DNA from: Eledone cirrhosa
Lineage: Eukaryota
Reading direction: 5' to 3'
DNA: 64,000 bases
Assembly: GCA_964016885.1 (NCBI GenBank)
Contig: OZ024743.1
Coordinates: forward strand, 11,966,001-12,030,000
A program made the translations under genes and the position numbers. The notes below the pieces were generated by a model. That model saw only the letters and a list, made by a program, of their open reading frames with translations. It searched no databases and was not told the origin of the DNA. Shown here piece after piece: positions 12,757-26,251 of this stretch (positions are counted from its first letter, which is position 1; the number at the start of each line of letters is the position of its first letter).

Positions 12757-13572
12757 TCAACTAGGTATATTATGTATGCATGTCTGCATGCATGCATGCA
12801 TGTGTAGATATGGATGTTATTGTATGTGTGGATGTGTATGTTTTGAGTTGTATGTGTACATGCGTATATGCTTTGTATCTGTACATGTGTATATGCAGTT
12901 ATTAGATGCAACATTTTTGGAATATTTTACATATTTTTACTGTTCCATTAATGGATTGTACTTGTACTTTCCTAACTAGTTGTGTTCTTTCTGTTCCTGT
13001 GAAGCCTAGCTTCTCAAGATTTGTATTGAGGCAGTTACTAACATACCCCAGTGTCCCAATAACCACAGGCATAAATGTGAAGGTGTAATCAGGGTGGAGT
13101 ATCTGCAGATTTCTCATCAGTTCTGCATAAATATTCTCCTTTTCGCTAATCTTTGATATTATATTGGCATCTGCTGAGCAGCTAACTTCCACTACTGTGC
13201 ATGCTTTCTTTTCCCTGTCCCATATCATAATATCTGGTCTGTTATGCCTGCATTTTATTGGGGTTTTCACTGAAACATTCCACCAGTACTTTTTCATATT
13301 ATGTATATGTATGTCTTCCACATTGCTGTAGCTTTTAATGTATTTATTATCGGGGCTATCTTTTCTACGGATTGCATTGTACAGTGATTTGGCCACTACA
13401 TCATGCCTCATAGGTAGATAGTACTGCGATGACATCTTTGAACAGCTGCTGATGACATGGGTGACATCTTCGATGTTAATTCTGCAGAGTCTGCACTTGT
13501 TATCACGTCTAGGTGTTTTGCCTGCATCCCTATCTCTTTTGTGAATCAGGTATTAATATGTATGTATGTATG

Positions 13573-14305
13573 TTATCTCTTTCTCTTAATTTCGAGTATA
13601 TTTTTTGACCGGCCACCTTCCTGGTGGCAAGGTTGTAAAAGAAAAGAAATTGTCATCCCTTGAATCGCAAGAATGTTTTGCAAATTTTGAAGGTGGCAGC
13701 TATCGCAGCCATATGTAGACTATGAATTAGGGAGCTGCGCTCTTTGTCCGCAAATCCAAGTTCAGTCATACTTTGGTTCAAGCGGGTTGGTATATAACCT
13801 GTAGCTCCAATAATGATGGGTATGAAGCTAAAGGTGTATCTTGGATACTGGATTTGTAAACTCCTCATCAATGGTCCGAAGATGTCCTCCTTCTCCTGTA
13901 TTTTTCTGACAACGTTTACATCAAGTGGGCAGCTGATCTCCACAACAGAACACGTTTTCAATGTATGGTCCCAAACAACAATATCAGGCCGGTTGTACTT
14001 TAATTTGGTGGCAGTTTTTATTTTCAGGTTCCACCAGTATTCCTTAGTGCCATCTGTCTCAATATATTCTTCCTCGTTTGTTGTTAATTTTGTTTTCCGA
14101 AGTGCGTTCCTAGCTATCCCATCGTGTCTCATGGGGAGGTAGTAGCGAGATGACATTCTTTCGCAGCTGGCAACAATGTGGCTTACATCCTCGATCTTTG
14201 TTTTACATAGCCTACATTTATTGTCAGCTGCTGGCCCTCCCCTTTTGTGCAGCAGATATTTGGTAGGGAGTTCTTGTTCCTGTATTGCATAGAGATATCC
14301 CTCAA
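13573..14305 (-). mobile_element. R4/Dong-like non-LTR retrotransposon, family A copy 1 (5'-truncated)
   Basis: CRLC..H..C, RHD, RPDIVVWD and VEIS motifs. Near-identical to 59115-59855. (TATG)n on both sides. Confidence 0.9.
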
Positions 14306-15200
14306 TGTATGTATGTATGTATGTATGTATGTATGTATGTATGTATGTATGTATGTATGTATGTATGTGTGTATGTATGTATGTATGTAGTGTTGCTTTC
14401 TTGCTCGCAGTGAGTCACGACCTAACCGACCTATTATGAAACGTATTTCAGCTGTAATATTCCAGACTTGTTGTGTATCATTGAATACAATACATCGTGA
14501 ATATTTCTTCAGGCAGAATTTAAGAATCGACACGTAGAAAGTGAAATTCTTTGACAGATGAATTCAGTATTAACAAAAATACGTGGAATGAACAATGAAA
14601 TATAATTCTTTCAAAATTCAATAGTTTCCTACAGATTGGTTTTTAAGTTATATCTAAGTTCTGTAACGAAACATTTAACTAATGTTTAAACTGTTATTCA
14701 TTTTATAGTTTTGAATGGCTTCTTTAACTTTTGTTAGAATGCCACAATATTATTTGAATCCCCACCATTAATAAATTCAATAGACTCAAAGGAATTATTC
14801 TTGGTTAGACGTGTATAATTCATTATAGTCTGTTATGTGCGCAACTTTCACTAGCAACCATTATTGTTCCCAGTGTCCAGCCATACACAACTACTGGTAT
14901 CAATGTCTCTACACTGCTACATTGATATATCTCAGACAACCCTTTTATATTCAAAAGTTCCAGACATGTTAAACCACACGACCTTGAACATTATAGACTC
15001 ATCCATCTGTACTTCACCACTACTTTCACGATTTTTACCCAGAATATTCTCAATATAAATATATTTGATGTTATGATATCTCCTTGTGATATCTCATACA
15101 AGTCCTTAACAGGAGAACTGTTTTTTTTCTCAAGTATTCCTAACAGCATAAATTGATATATATATGTTTTTGTGCATGGATAGATGTATATGCATGTATG

Positions 15201-17691
15201 TTATCTCTTTCTCTTAATTTTGAGTATATTTTTGACCGGCCACCTTCCTGGTGGCAAGGTTGTAAAAGAAAAGAAATTGTCATCCCTTGAATCGCAAGAA
15301 TGTTTTGCAAATTTTGAAGGTGCCAGCTATCGAAGCCATTTGTAGACTATGAATTAGGGAGCTGCGCTCTTTGTCCGAAAATCCAAGTTCAGTTATACAT
15401 TGGTCCAAGCGGGTTGGTATATAACCCGTAGCTCCAATAATGATGAGTAAGAAGCTACAGTTGTATCTTGGATACTGGATTTTTAAACTCCTCATCAATG
15501 GTCCGTAGATGTCCTCCTTCTCCTGTATTCTTTTGACAACGTTTACATTAAGTGGGCAGCTGATCTCCACAACAGAACACGTTTTCAATGTGTGGTCCCA
15601 AACAACAATATCAGGCCGGTTGTGCTTTAATTTGGTGGCAGTTTTTTATTTTCAGGTTCCACCAGTATTCCTTAGTGCCATCTGTCTCAATATATTCTTC
15701 CTCGTTTGTTTTCAATTTTGTTTTCCGAAGTGCGTTCCAGATGGTTCTAGCTATCACATCGTGTCTCGTGGGGAGGTAGTAGTGAGATGACATTCTTTCG
15801 CAGCTGGCAACAATGTGGCTTACATCTTCGATCTTTGTTTTACATAGCCTGCATTTATTGTCAGCTGACGGCCCTCCTCTTTTGTGCAGCAGATATTTGG
15901 TAGGGAGTTTTTGTTCCTGTATTGCATAGAGATATCCCTCAAGGTGTGATGTCATAAACTTGTCGGAGCTCCGTGCCAGGCTTTTTGAGTGGTTTATCCC
16001 CTCTATGGTCTGTGTTTTACGTCTCAAGTATCCGTGCACAACTTTTTCTGTAAATTGGTCAATTATTTCATCTTGTTTGAACATTGAATAGGATCTTTCG
16101 ATTTCTCTGGGTGAGAAACTTATATCCAGATCAGTGGCTATCCTAATGATATTTTTTTTTCTTGCTCATAAACCTGGGCAAGATGGTTGCCAACCCTTTT
16201 CCTCTGTTGAAGATGTTGCTTCAGTGTTACTATCCGGGTCTCATGTGATGTTAATATGTATTTTAGACCCCGGCCACCTTCCTTGCGTGAGAATTATAGC
16301 CTATCCACATGACCATTGATGTTAAAGTTCCGAGTAACATTGAGAAGTTTTCTAGTTCTAACATCAATCTCATTTAGTTTTTGCAATGACCAGTTCAGCA
16401 GGCCAAATGTTGGCGTTAGAATTGACACAGCATAAATATTGTGGGCAATGTACCTGTTTTACGCTGACAGTGCTGATGACCATATTTTCTTTACTCTTCT
16501 GAGGTATTCAGTTCTGGTTCTCTCCTTCTTTATGGGTCCATCAGATCTGACATTCTCATCCTGTCCAAGATATCTGTAGTTGTCACCTGACTGTAGAGGT
16601 TGTATTGTCAGGCCGTTCATCTCTAGATTTCTAGAGGAGGGCACAGCTCTTCCACGTTTTACTGCCAAATATGCACACTTGGCCTCACCAAATTCCATTT
16701 TGATGTCTGTTGAAAATTGTGTAATGAGTTTCAATTGTTTCTTGATGTCATTGATATTTGGCCCATACAACTTCAGGTCATCAACAAAGAAAAGATGGGA
16801 GGTACTTCTGGACCTACCTCTTTGTCCACCTTGTTTCCTGAGTAGGTAAGATAGTGGATTTAGTGAGAGAACGAAGAGTAGCACTGACAAGCTATCACCC
16901 TGAAATATACTCTTCTGGTAATGTATCTTATCAGTCTTAACTTGCCCCTTCTCACCTCTAAGGATCAAATTGGTGTACCAGTTCTTGGTCAGACGTTCAA
17001 GAGCAGCTACCAGTGGTTATGGGACTTTGGCTAACTGTAAAGCCTTAACAATCCACCCATGAGGTACACTATCAAATGCTTTTTGATAGTCCAGCCACAC
17101 CACAGTCATGTTTCTGCGATTCTTTGTTGTTTTTTCTTGAATCATTTTATTAGTTAGTAGGTGATCTATGCAACCCCACACCTCCCTCTTTCCACCAGCT
17201 TGCTCAGGTGTTATAATGTTGTTGGTAGCACAGTGATCCTGTAAGAACAGGTTAAGGCACCCAGTATATAATTTATGCATGATGTTTTGGCAGGCTATTG
17301 GGCGGTAATTTTTAGCAAGGGTGGTTTGGTTATTTTGGGGAATGAGGAGAGTAGTGGCAGTTGATAACCATCTGGGCAGTTCTTGTGTGCCTTTAATGGT
17401 TTCTATAAACAGCCGTATGTGATTTTGCCGATAGAAAGTGAAATTCTTCAACCCGTATCCTGTTATGAGGTCTGGGTCTGGTGATTTCCTATTCGACATT
17501 TTCTGTAGAGTTGTTTCTAGTATTGACCTATCTATGTCATATTGTTTTGTCTGGACATGTTGGCAGTAGTCCTGTTCCAGTTCTTTTAGCCATTTAGTTT
17601 GTCTGTTGAATCCGTCATCCGTTTCCCATACAGATCTCCAGTAGCTCTCAACCTGTTCTTTTGAAGGGGTGTCATTTACAGAGATTGAGCT
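15201..17691 (-). mobile_element. R4/Dong-like family A copy 2, longest copy with RT and RLE, frameshifted
   Basis: NYRPIAC, WLDYQKAFDSVPH, IFQGDSLS, HLFFVDDLKLY, YRYLG, CCHC and RLE motifs across ORF fragments 17499-15280. TATG flanks. Confidence 0.93.
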
Positions 17692-17719
17692 TATGTATGT
17701 ATGTATATATGTATGTATG

Positions 17720-17753
<34 letters not shown>

Positions 17754-18136
17754 TGTATGTATGTATGTATGTATGTATGTATGTATCTATGCATGGATGG
17801 ATGGCTGTATATGTATGTGTGTGCGTTTATGAGGGTGTGTGGGGTGTGTGTGAGTGGTGTGTAAATCAGAGCAGTGTGATATATGTAGAAATATCAGTGT
17901 CTTTAACAGAACATAGTCAGAGTGAGAGAATTGAATACAGAGATTCGTCAGTTGTGTATTAATGAATTGCCACTAGAAATATATGTGCATCTGGTGTATG
18001 TATGCTTTACTCTTTCACAACAACAACAATAACGATCACAAATATGATGTTGATGATTATTATTATGAATATACGGAAGATGGAATGGGATATAAATATT
18101 CTTAAAAAGACTCCAGATGCATTTTCGATTTCTTTT

Positions 18137-18211
<75 letters not shown>

Positions 18212-19105
18212 AATATTCAGCATAATCGAAGCTCTGGCAGCAGCTATGCTAACGAATGCAATCGGAATGTGCAACTAAGCACTCAATAAGGTTGTTTTTT
18301 TTTTTGTTTTTTTACCTTAGAGTAATAACATTACGTTTAGACAGCTTGGCAAATTGAAGAATTGAAGATTGCGACCGGTAAGCCAGCCGCAAGAACCAAA
18401 GCAATGAGAAAACCAACTCAGGATAATTTGACAAACCTGGACCATCGCATCGATATTTAGCAATATCTCCGCTAGGTTTCTGTAAAATCGAAATCAACAA
18501 AATCCACTTGCGGGGTATGCAAGTTATAGGTTTTAGAAGATCGAACAGAGGTTTTATATATATATATATATCATCATCATCATCATCATTTTACGTCCGC
18601 TTTTCCCTGCTTGCAAGGGTGGGACGGGAACTGATTATATATATATATATATACAGAGAGAGAGAGAGAGAGGGGGTGGGGGGAGAGAGTGTGTGTGTGG
18701 ACGTATATATCAATTTTGTTAATTGTTTGCCGCAAAAGCTAAAGAGAGAGAGTGTGTGTGTATGTGTGTATGTGTGTGTGTGAGTGAGTGAGAGAGAGGG
18801 AGAGAGAGAAAGGGACAAAAAAGACACTTGCACGTGTTTGCTTTGAACTGCCTATATTAACGTTGTTTCATTCAATGAAGCGTGTATTTAAGTAATCTCA
18901 TTATAAACTCACCAAGTATAAAATATCTCTCTATTTATTGCAGAAACACAAACACACAAACACGAATTCAGCCGGGTTAATTATTTCAAATTCACTGCCC
19001 CCCCCCACTCCCGCACCTCCACATCATCATCATCATTATCATGATCATCACCATCATCAACACCATCATCATAATCATCATAATCATCATAATCATCATC
19101 AATAA

Positions 19106-19475
19106 TTAATGGTTTCTTATATAGGCACAAGGCCAGCAATTTTGGGGGAGGGGAAAGTCGATTAAATCGACTCCAGTGCGTGACTGGTACTTTATTTTAT
19201 CGACCCCGTAAGGATGAAAGGCAAAGTTAACATTGGCGGGATTTGAACTCAGATCATAAAGGGACGTAACCCTTTGCTCCAAAGCATGGCGTCCGGCCCT
19301 CTACCGATACTGCCAATCCACCAATAATAATAATTGTTTCTACGTTAGGCACAAGGCCAGCAATTACCCAGTGCATTACTGGTACTTTATTTTATCGACC
19401 CCGTAAGGATGAAAGGCAAATAATTGTTTATACTTTTGGCACAAGGCCAGCAATTGTCCCAGTGCATTACTGGTA
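19106..19475 (-). mobile_element. Cluster of OK-like SINEs (one full copy plus two 3' fragments)
   Basis: Reverse complement of the SINE consensus at 19106-19322, ~19333-19420 and ~19421-19475. Confidence 0.85.
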
Positions 19476-19623
19476 ATAGTGATTACAATAATAACACTTT
19501 CTTTATTAGCCACACAGGGTTCACATTAAGCAGACATTAAAGACGGAACAGGACGATACAGTGTGGGTTTTTTTGTCGAGTCCCAGATATGTATGTACCT
19601 AATCTAAGGTTTCTAAACGATTA

Positions 19624-22268
19624 CACTGTGTAACATATTTTTTGTTCCCTGGTTCTACATCTCATTTCCTGGTTTGTTATATCCCATTATTATAAAAAAC
19701 ACTATCATTTAATCAAAAGTTTGGGTTTGTGGTGAGGAGTTTGATATTTCGAAATTTTCATATTTTTCAAGAAAAAACACATTTTTTAAAAATTTATCAG
19801 TTCATATAATTAAATCGACAGAGTATATGTTTATTTTATTACACAAGCATATCAAAAGCAAACAAGTACAAACAAATAACACTTATAAAGCAACTTATAC
19901 ACGTCGGAAATGACTGGATTTGCGGTTGTAGTCCAGGTCGCATTCCCGCACTAGCCCCCAGATATAGTCCCCCATTATTTTTTCATTGTAGTGGCCCTGG
20001 TACCTCCGCTCTATCTCTTTCACATCTTGATGGAATCGTTCGCCTTGTTCTTCTGAGTAGGCACCCATATTATCCTTGAATTTTTCCAGGTGAGCGTCCA
20101 GCATATGGAATTTAAGCGACATCCTGCATCCCATGGCGCCAAAAGCCTTTATCAGATCCTGCACCAGTTGCTGGTAGTTTTCAGCTCTGTAGTTGCCCAG
20201 GAAGCCCTTAACAACTGCCTTGAAACAGTTCCATGCTGTTCTCTCAATCCTATTGAGCTTATTGGAGAACTCGGTAGACTCAAACACCTTCTTTATTTGG
20301 GGTCGAACAAAAATTCCACCTTTGATTTTGGCCTCAGATAACTTGGGGAAGAACTCAAGAGGGTACTTAAAAGCGGCTGATTCTTGGTTGAGAGCCTTCA
20401 CAAACTGCTTCATTAACCCCAACTTAATGTGCAGTGGCGGCATGAGCACAATCCTGGGATCAACCAGTGGCTCCCACATGACGTTCCGGGTCCCAACTAC
20501 AAATTCTGTTCGCTGCTCCCAGTTCTTTCTTTTGTAGTGGTCAGAGGTGGCTCTGCTGTCCCAAAGGCAGAGGAAACATTGGAATTTGATAAAGCCTCCT
20601 TGGAGTCCAAGCAGGAAAGCCACCATCTTGAAGTTTCCAATGATTTCCCAATTGTACTGGTTATATTGCAGAGCTTCCAAGAGGACTTTCACACTGTAGT
20701 AATCTTCCTTCAGGCAGATTGAATGAGCTAGGGGCAGTGTCGGGAACTTGTTGCCATTGTAGAGGAGGACAGCCTTCAAACTTGTGGTGGAGCTATCTAT
20801 AAATAACCGCCACTCCTTGGGCACAAACGGCACCCCAATATCGTCAAACAGTCCAGGCACGTCATGGCAGAAGCAGAGGCCATCCCTAAGAGTATAAAAG
20901 CCTGAGAAAGGTTCGTGTCGACTTCTCTGACTTGTCACCTGCACTTCCTCTTTGACCAAGTTCCACTGCTTCATCCTGGAGACGAATAGCTCTGCATTGG
21001 ACTTGGTCAGACCCATATCCCTGACCAAGTCATTGACTTCTTTTTGGTATGGGAAGTGAGGAACTTTTTCTGGTAGCTCAGGCAGGTAATCCAAGTCCTC
21101 AGCATCCACCTCCTCCTCTTCCTCAGAATACTTGTCTTGAACTTCATCTGGAGCAGGTGGCACTGGCACGGGATATTTGGAGCAGTGAGGAATTGGAGCA
21201 ATTGATGATGGAATATCTGGATAATCTACATCAGCAGCATTCTTTCCTTTCCGCCGCTTGCTAACATTCACCATGCAAAAAAAAACAGTTTGTGGCGTGG
21301 GCTGGTGGCTCTAACCAGAGCCGTGGGTTGGAAAACTTCAGGGACCTTTTCTCACCTCGCAGCCACCCTTTCAGCGTCTTCCTACAGTGCTCACAACAGT
21401 AGTGAGGGGCCCATGGCTTGTCCTGGTCCTTAACTGGTATCCCGAAGTACTTCTAGTAGGCTTCACTAACCTTCACCGACGTTTCCAAGGAGAATGTTTT
21501 GCCTCTCTTCATTATATACTCAGCGCATATAAAACAGAAAGAGTCAGGGTGGTGCCGGCAGCCTCTTGAAGCCATTCTAAAAATATAGAAACACATGCAG
21601 TCAGAAAATATAGATCTTATAGATCTGAAAGTATAAATAAAAACATGTTAAATGAACATACATGTATAAAATAAGTAGGGTAATTCAGGCTAAAGTCATC
21701 AAATTTTGAAAACAAAAAATAAAATTTAGTACCAAATTGCAGTGCAGTTCAATGAAAGAAATTTTTAATTACAAGTCTAATGTCATGATCGAAACCTAAA
21801 ATACAAAATAAATTTGATATGCAATACAAAATAAATATTGGAAAGGGAAATACATATTTAAATAATATAAAAGAACACTAATCATACTAATGAAAATTCG
21901 TGCTTAAAACACAACTTGCCCTTTAGTAAGGGTGCGAAAATCCAGTATCAATAAATCTCTTTAATCCACTTTTTAACAATTTTATACGTTATTGCACTTT
22001 TATAATTTTCTTTAGGTATTACTCTTTATTTTATAATTTTAATTTAACCTTAAACATATATTAAAAAATCATTTAACATAAGCAAATTAAACTTACATAC
22101 AACGTAAAATCCAGCATACAAATAATTCTAGTGAATAGCTTAGAATTTTTACAAACCCAAACTTTTAACTGTTTAATAGCACTTTTTTTTTTTTATTTGG
22201 GACTTAAGCAACACAAAAAAGTGATTACAAGCCACGAACAGAGAAAAATAATTTTTTGCTACGCGGTG
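19624..22268 (-). mobile_element. Chapaev3-like (CMC) DNA transposon, full length
   Basis: Termini CACTGTGTAACA and TGCTACGCGGTG form an imperfect TIR (CAC..GTG). TTA is duplicated at 19621-23 and 22269-71. Internal transposase present. Confidence 0.85.
19895..21575 (-). pseudogene. Chapaev-type transposase with N-terminal zinc finger
   Basis: MASRGCRHHPDSFCFIC..DQDKPWAPHYCCEHC..CFFC, then WRLFIDSS, PPLHIKLGLMKQFVKAL and SEEQGERFHQD. One stop near 21455 and a frameshift in the A-run near 21280. The downstream 459 aa are open. Confidence 0.85.
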
Positions 22269-22320
22269 TTATCAAGAGATTAAGATGAGATGAAAAAGAT
22301 GGAGGAGGAAGAAAAGGTTG

Positions 22321-22322
22321 TA

Positions 22323-22359
<37 letters not shown>

Positions 22360-22374
22360 CGACGACGATGATGG

Positions 22375-22413
<39 letters not shown>

Positions 22414-22670
22414 GGAGGAGGAGGAGGAGGAGGAGGAGGAGGAGGAGGGGAATATAATGATGACGATGATGATGATGATAATGATGATGATTATGATGAT
22501 GATGATGATGAGGATGAGGAGGAGGAGGACGATAATGATGATAATGATGATGATGATGATGATAATGATGATGTCAATGATGATGATGATGATGATGATG
22601 AGGGGGGAACAGGAGGAGCAGGAGGATAATGATGATGATGGAGATGATGATTACGCTGACGGTGATGATG
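22321..22670. repeat. (GAT)n/(GAG)n compound microsatellite
   Basis: Seen directly in the sequence. Confidence 0.95.
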
Positions 22671-22724
22671 TCACAGTGGTAGGATAAAAGCTATTTCCTC
22701 AACTTACGTTAAATCACATTATTT

Positions 22725-22840
22725 CTTCAAATCCCGCCGAGGTTGACTTTGCCTTTCATCCTTACGGGGTCGCTAAAATAAAGTACCAGTAATGCACTGG
22801 GTAATTGCTGGCCTTGTGCCTAAAATAGAAACAATTATTT
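22725..22840 (+). mobile_element. OK-like SINE, 3' half
   Basis: B-box remnant through to the AGAAACAATTA tail. Confidence 0.8.
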
Positions 22841-23018
22841 CTAGAATGGACATATTTCTATTGGGCGACCTTTGAAAATGATCCCCAAAACATGAAAACG
22901 ACTCTTGCCTGCCTAACTAGACTGCATCTCTGTTGTTGTTTTTGTTGATTTTTTTTTTTAGAGAGAGAGAGCAGGGCGGAGATAGAGAGAGTGAGGGAGA
23001 GAGAGGGGAGATAGATAT

Positions 23019-23071
<53 letters not shown>

Positions 23072-23220
23072 CAGACAGAGACAGAGAGAGATAGAGAGAA
23101 AGAAAGAGAGCGAGTGAGAGACAGTGAGATAGATAGATAGACATATATTATATATATATATATATATATAAAATAAAGTAAAATAAAAAGTTAAATGTTT
23201 AAAATTTAGCTTCGTTTATT

Positions 23221-23275
23221 ACTGCTATATATATTTCGGTGACAGCCATCTTTGGCTGTGACCTCTTCAGGCAGT
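23221..23275 (-). ncRNA. Type I hammerhead ribozyme, left pLTR
   Basis: Exact reverse complement of 27491-27545. Confidence 0.88.
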
Positions 23276-24276
23276 CCGAATTAGTGTGGTATAGACAAGT
23301 ACATATGTTGTTGAGGTGTATAATTTTGCCAATACTCTGATATGCCCAGTTCCTGGTTGGGTTGTTATTTCACTGAGGAACTGGAATCATATGAATTCAA
23401 ACAAACGAATTTCAGTGTCAAAGGGCCTCTTCTCCTCTCATTTGTCAGTTGTTAGAACATTCCTCATTCAAAAGTCTATAGAAATTCGTTCTGAGGCAAG
23501 CCAATCTGTAGTTGTTGTTCTTATTATTGTTAGGTACATCTGACCTCAATTCTTGTGTTGGTAGTGTTGTTATTGTTGGAGTTAGCTTAAAAAATTGATA
23601 AAGTGGTAGAAGGAACAAGGTGGTAAAAGAACAAAATAACAAAAAAATGTCAAACTTCCCATTGGTCAGTTTTGAGAGCATTCCTCAGTCAGAAGTCTAT
23701 AGAAATTCTTTCTGGGGTGAGGCTCCCTGTACTGTTTGTGTTTGCTATTGTTAAGTACATTTGACCTCTACCATTATTTCGGTAGTGTTGTTGGTGTTGT
23801 GGTCAGCTTATGTCTTGCTGCTGCTGACAATTTAGAAGTATCTGCGTGTGTATTTTCATCCCTCCTGGCACCATCTCCCGTGGTTGTGGTGTTGGTGGTG
23901 GAGGTGGTGGTGGTGGTGGTGGGGGGGTGGGGGGGGGTTCTTCCATGTATATGAAGAAATATAAGGCAATAAATTAAGAAAACAGAAAATAAATAATGAA
24001 TAGAGAATAAAGTATAAATGAAAAATTGGTGAAAAAGTAATGAAAATGAATATGGAGAAGTGAAAAATAAAATGAAGATTCAAATAAAGTAGGATAAAGT
24101 GTGTGTGTGCTATAACCAATCTCAAAGTCAGAAATATGTTGGATAGATTGGTATGAGGTACAAGATGTTAAACTAATAAAAGAATAAGATAATCAAACAA
24201 AATGTGTTTGTGTTATAATCAATCTCAACTTAAAAATAAATATAAGGTGATATAGTGAAGAGAACAGAAAACAAAT

Positions 24277-24459
24277 TAATTGTTTCTACTTTAGGCACAA
24301 GGCCAGCAAATACCCAGTGCATTACTGGTACTTTATTTTATCGACCCCGTAAGGATGAAAGGCAAAGTCAACCTTGGCGGGATTTGAACTCAGATCGTAA
24401 AGAGACGTAACTATGCTGGAAAGCATGGCGTCCGACCCTCTACCGATACTGCCAATCCA
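24277..24459 (-). mobile_element. OK-like SINE inserted in the left pLTR only
   Basis: Absent from the right arm near 26520. A short CAAAT-like duplication flanks it. Confidence 0.88.
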
Positions 24460-24789
24460 CAAATAACAAATTAATAAAGAGAAATCAAGATTTAAAATTG
24501 AAAATTGAAAATCAGAAATCAAGTAAATTAAAATGTGTTTGTGTTATATATATGTTGACCAAATTATAATGGCTGTGTCCGATTCAATCTCTAGGCTATC
24601 AAGGTGTCTGCTCAGCCTCGGTTGTTCCCTATGGCTTGAGGGGAGTTCTCAACCTAGGGTGTTGTTACTGCCCATATAGCTTGAGGGAGGTCTGGCCGAG
24701 AGGTGTCTACATGTTCTGGAGAAGTCCTTATAGCTTGAGGGGAGTTCACATCTTCTTGTGTTGCTACTGTCCATATATCTTGAGGAAGG

Positions 24790-26251
24790 TCCCGGCTCTA
24801 AGGTGTCTGCATGTCCCGAAGAAGTCGGTTCTGAGCTTTATCAGGCCGCTTCCACCTCTTAGTATCTTGAGGGTCTCGTTCAGGCATAGTTTGCATATGC
24901 AAGATCCCCCTTTATCGGGTGGTACTTTCCTGATTATGTACCAGGCCAGAGAGTACGGGGTCCTGTCTAGCTTAAGCTTCCAGATCAGGTCGGAGAGAGC
25001 CGTGCTTTTCCTTTTGGCCTCCTTATTGAATGAATGGCGATGGTTGTACCAGCGGTCTTTAAAGCTCGTTGATGTGGCTCCTATGTAGAGGTGTTCGGAG
25101 TTGGGGGTTTTAACCTACAACCGTATACTAGGTTCTTCTTAAGGCATTCATTACCAAGGGGGAATGATTCGCGGTTTCTGCAGTTGCAGAGGGTTGTCAA
25201 CCTCTGCATGCCTAGATTGGGGTTCCCGTTAGGTGTTACATGGTGGTCTTCCCCCAGGCACGGTGGGGGGTCCCCGGGTCTGTTTGGGTTTCTTGGGTGG
25301 GCTCTGGGTCCCCCCTTCCCTCCTTTCACATGGTTCTGCTGAGTGCTTGTATTGCCATCTTCTGGTTGTGTGTGGTTTTAAGCCTACTCCTGTTGATGCT
25401 AGCTATGTGTGGGCCAGATTTCTCGTGGTGGAATACGAGAGCTTCACAGTGTGTCTGTTGAAGATCCTGTGGTATCTATGGTCCCTCGGGAAGCATTTAT
25501 CAAGTGCTCCAAAGAATGATCGGGCCAAGCTGTTCTTTAGGGCCGCTGAGTAGGGTGGGTTGTACCACGTGATTTTTCTGTGTATCCTCCTATATGTGTG
25601 GGTCGGGGGCGTCGTGATTTGTTGGAGATTTGTTGGGTTGCTGGTGGTTCCCGCACTGTTGCTTCCCCTTTGGGCGCTATGCTTTTTGTTATCTTCACGA
25701 CCCGAATCTGTGGGGTGGTCGTTGCCCGCGCTGGGAGATCTATCGTGGGGTTGTCCCCCCCCCACGTGTCCTGCGGTTGGGGTCGTCGGTCCTGGGGTGG
25801 TTAGCGTCACCCCCGAGACTACTACTCATATTGGGTTTCATCTCATGGTTAAGCGTACTAGTCACCAACGCCCGTGTGGTGGTGTCGGGCACATGGTGCC
25901 TATTTGTTTCTGCTCTGTCTGTATTGTTAGGGTTCTCCCCCCCGCTCCCCTCCGGGCAACGCAGGTGTGGGTGTCCGTTGGGCCATCCCCATCCCGGCGT
26001 TTCGGACTATATGTTATATTTTGGCCATGTGCCGCCTTATTTAGAGCTGCGTTGTAATATTCCGCGTAGTTAGCGAATATTTCCTTACTTGCGGACAGGC
26101 TGGAGATCCTGTCCGAGACACTCTTCACCACTGCCTTGGTTATGGATCTAGGGTGGTTTGATTTGGCGTTAACATATACGAGTTTCTCGTTGGGCTTGTG
26201 GTAGGGGTAGTATTGTTCGGTGTTCAGATTTAGGGTGGTGTCTAGGAAGTA
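24790..26251 (-). pseudogene. PLE RT thumb + GIY-YIG endonuclease remnant
   Basis: Fragments 26131-25862, 25810-25403 and 25329-25081 continue into frameshifted EN motifs that end near GTCRH. Confidence 0.82.

Larger units (their letters stand above)
10327..13554 (-). mobile_element. R4/Dong-like non-LTR retrotransposon, family B copy 1, 5'-truncated, 3'UTR interrupted by a Helitron dimer
   Basis: CCHC (CRLC..H..S.C), RHD, RPDI..D and VEVS restriction-like endonuclease motifs at 12902-13500. The 3'UTR halves 10327-10427 and 12757-12901 are contiguous in the copy at 28505. (TATG)n on both flanks. Confidence 0.88.

Noticed and set aside
14540-15150. Possible ancient LINE endonuclease remnant
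   Set aside because: Only faint motif resemblance, which cannot be supported without a profile search.
22457-22687. Poly-Met or acidic protein
   Set aside because: (GAT)n/(GAG)n microsatellite with no splice context.
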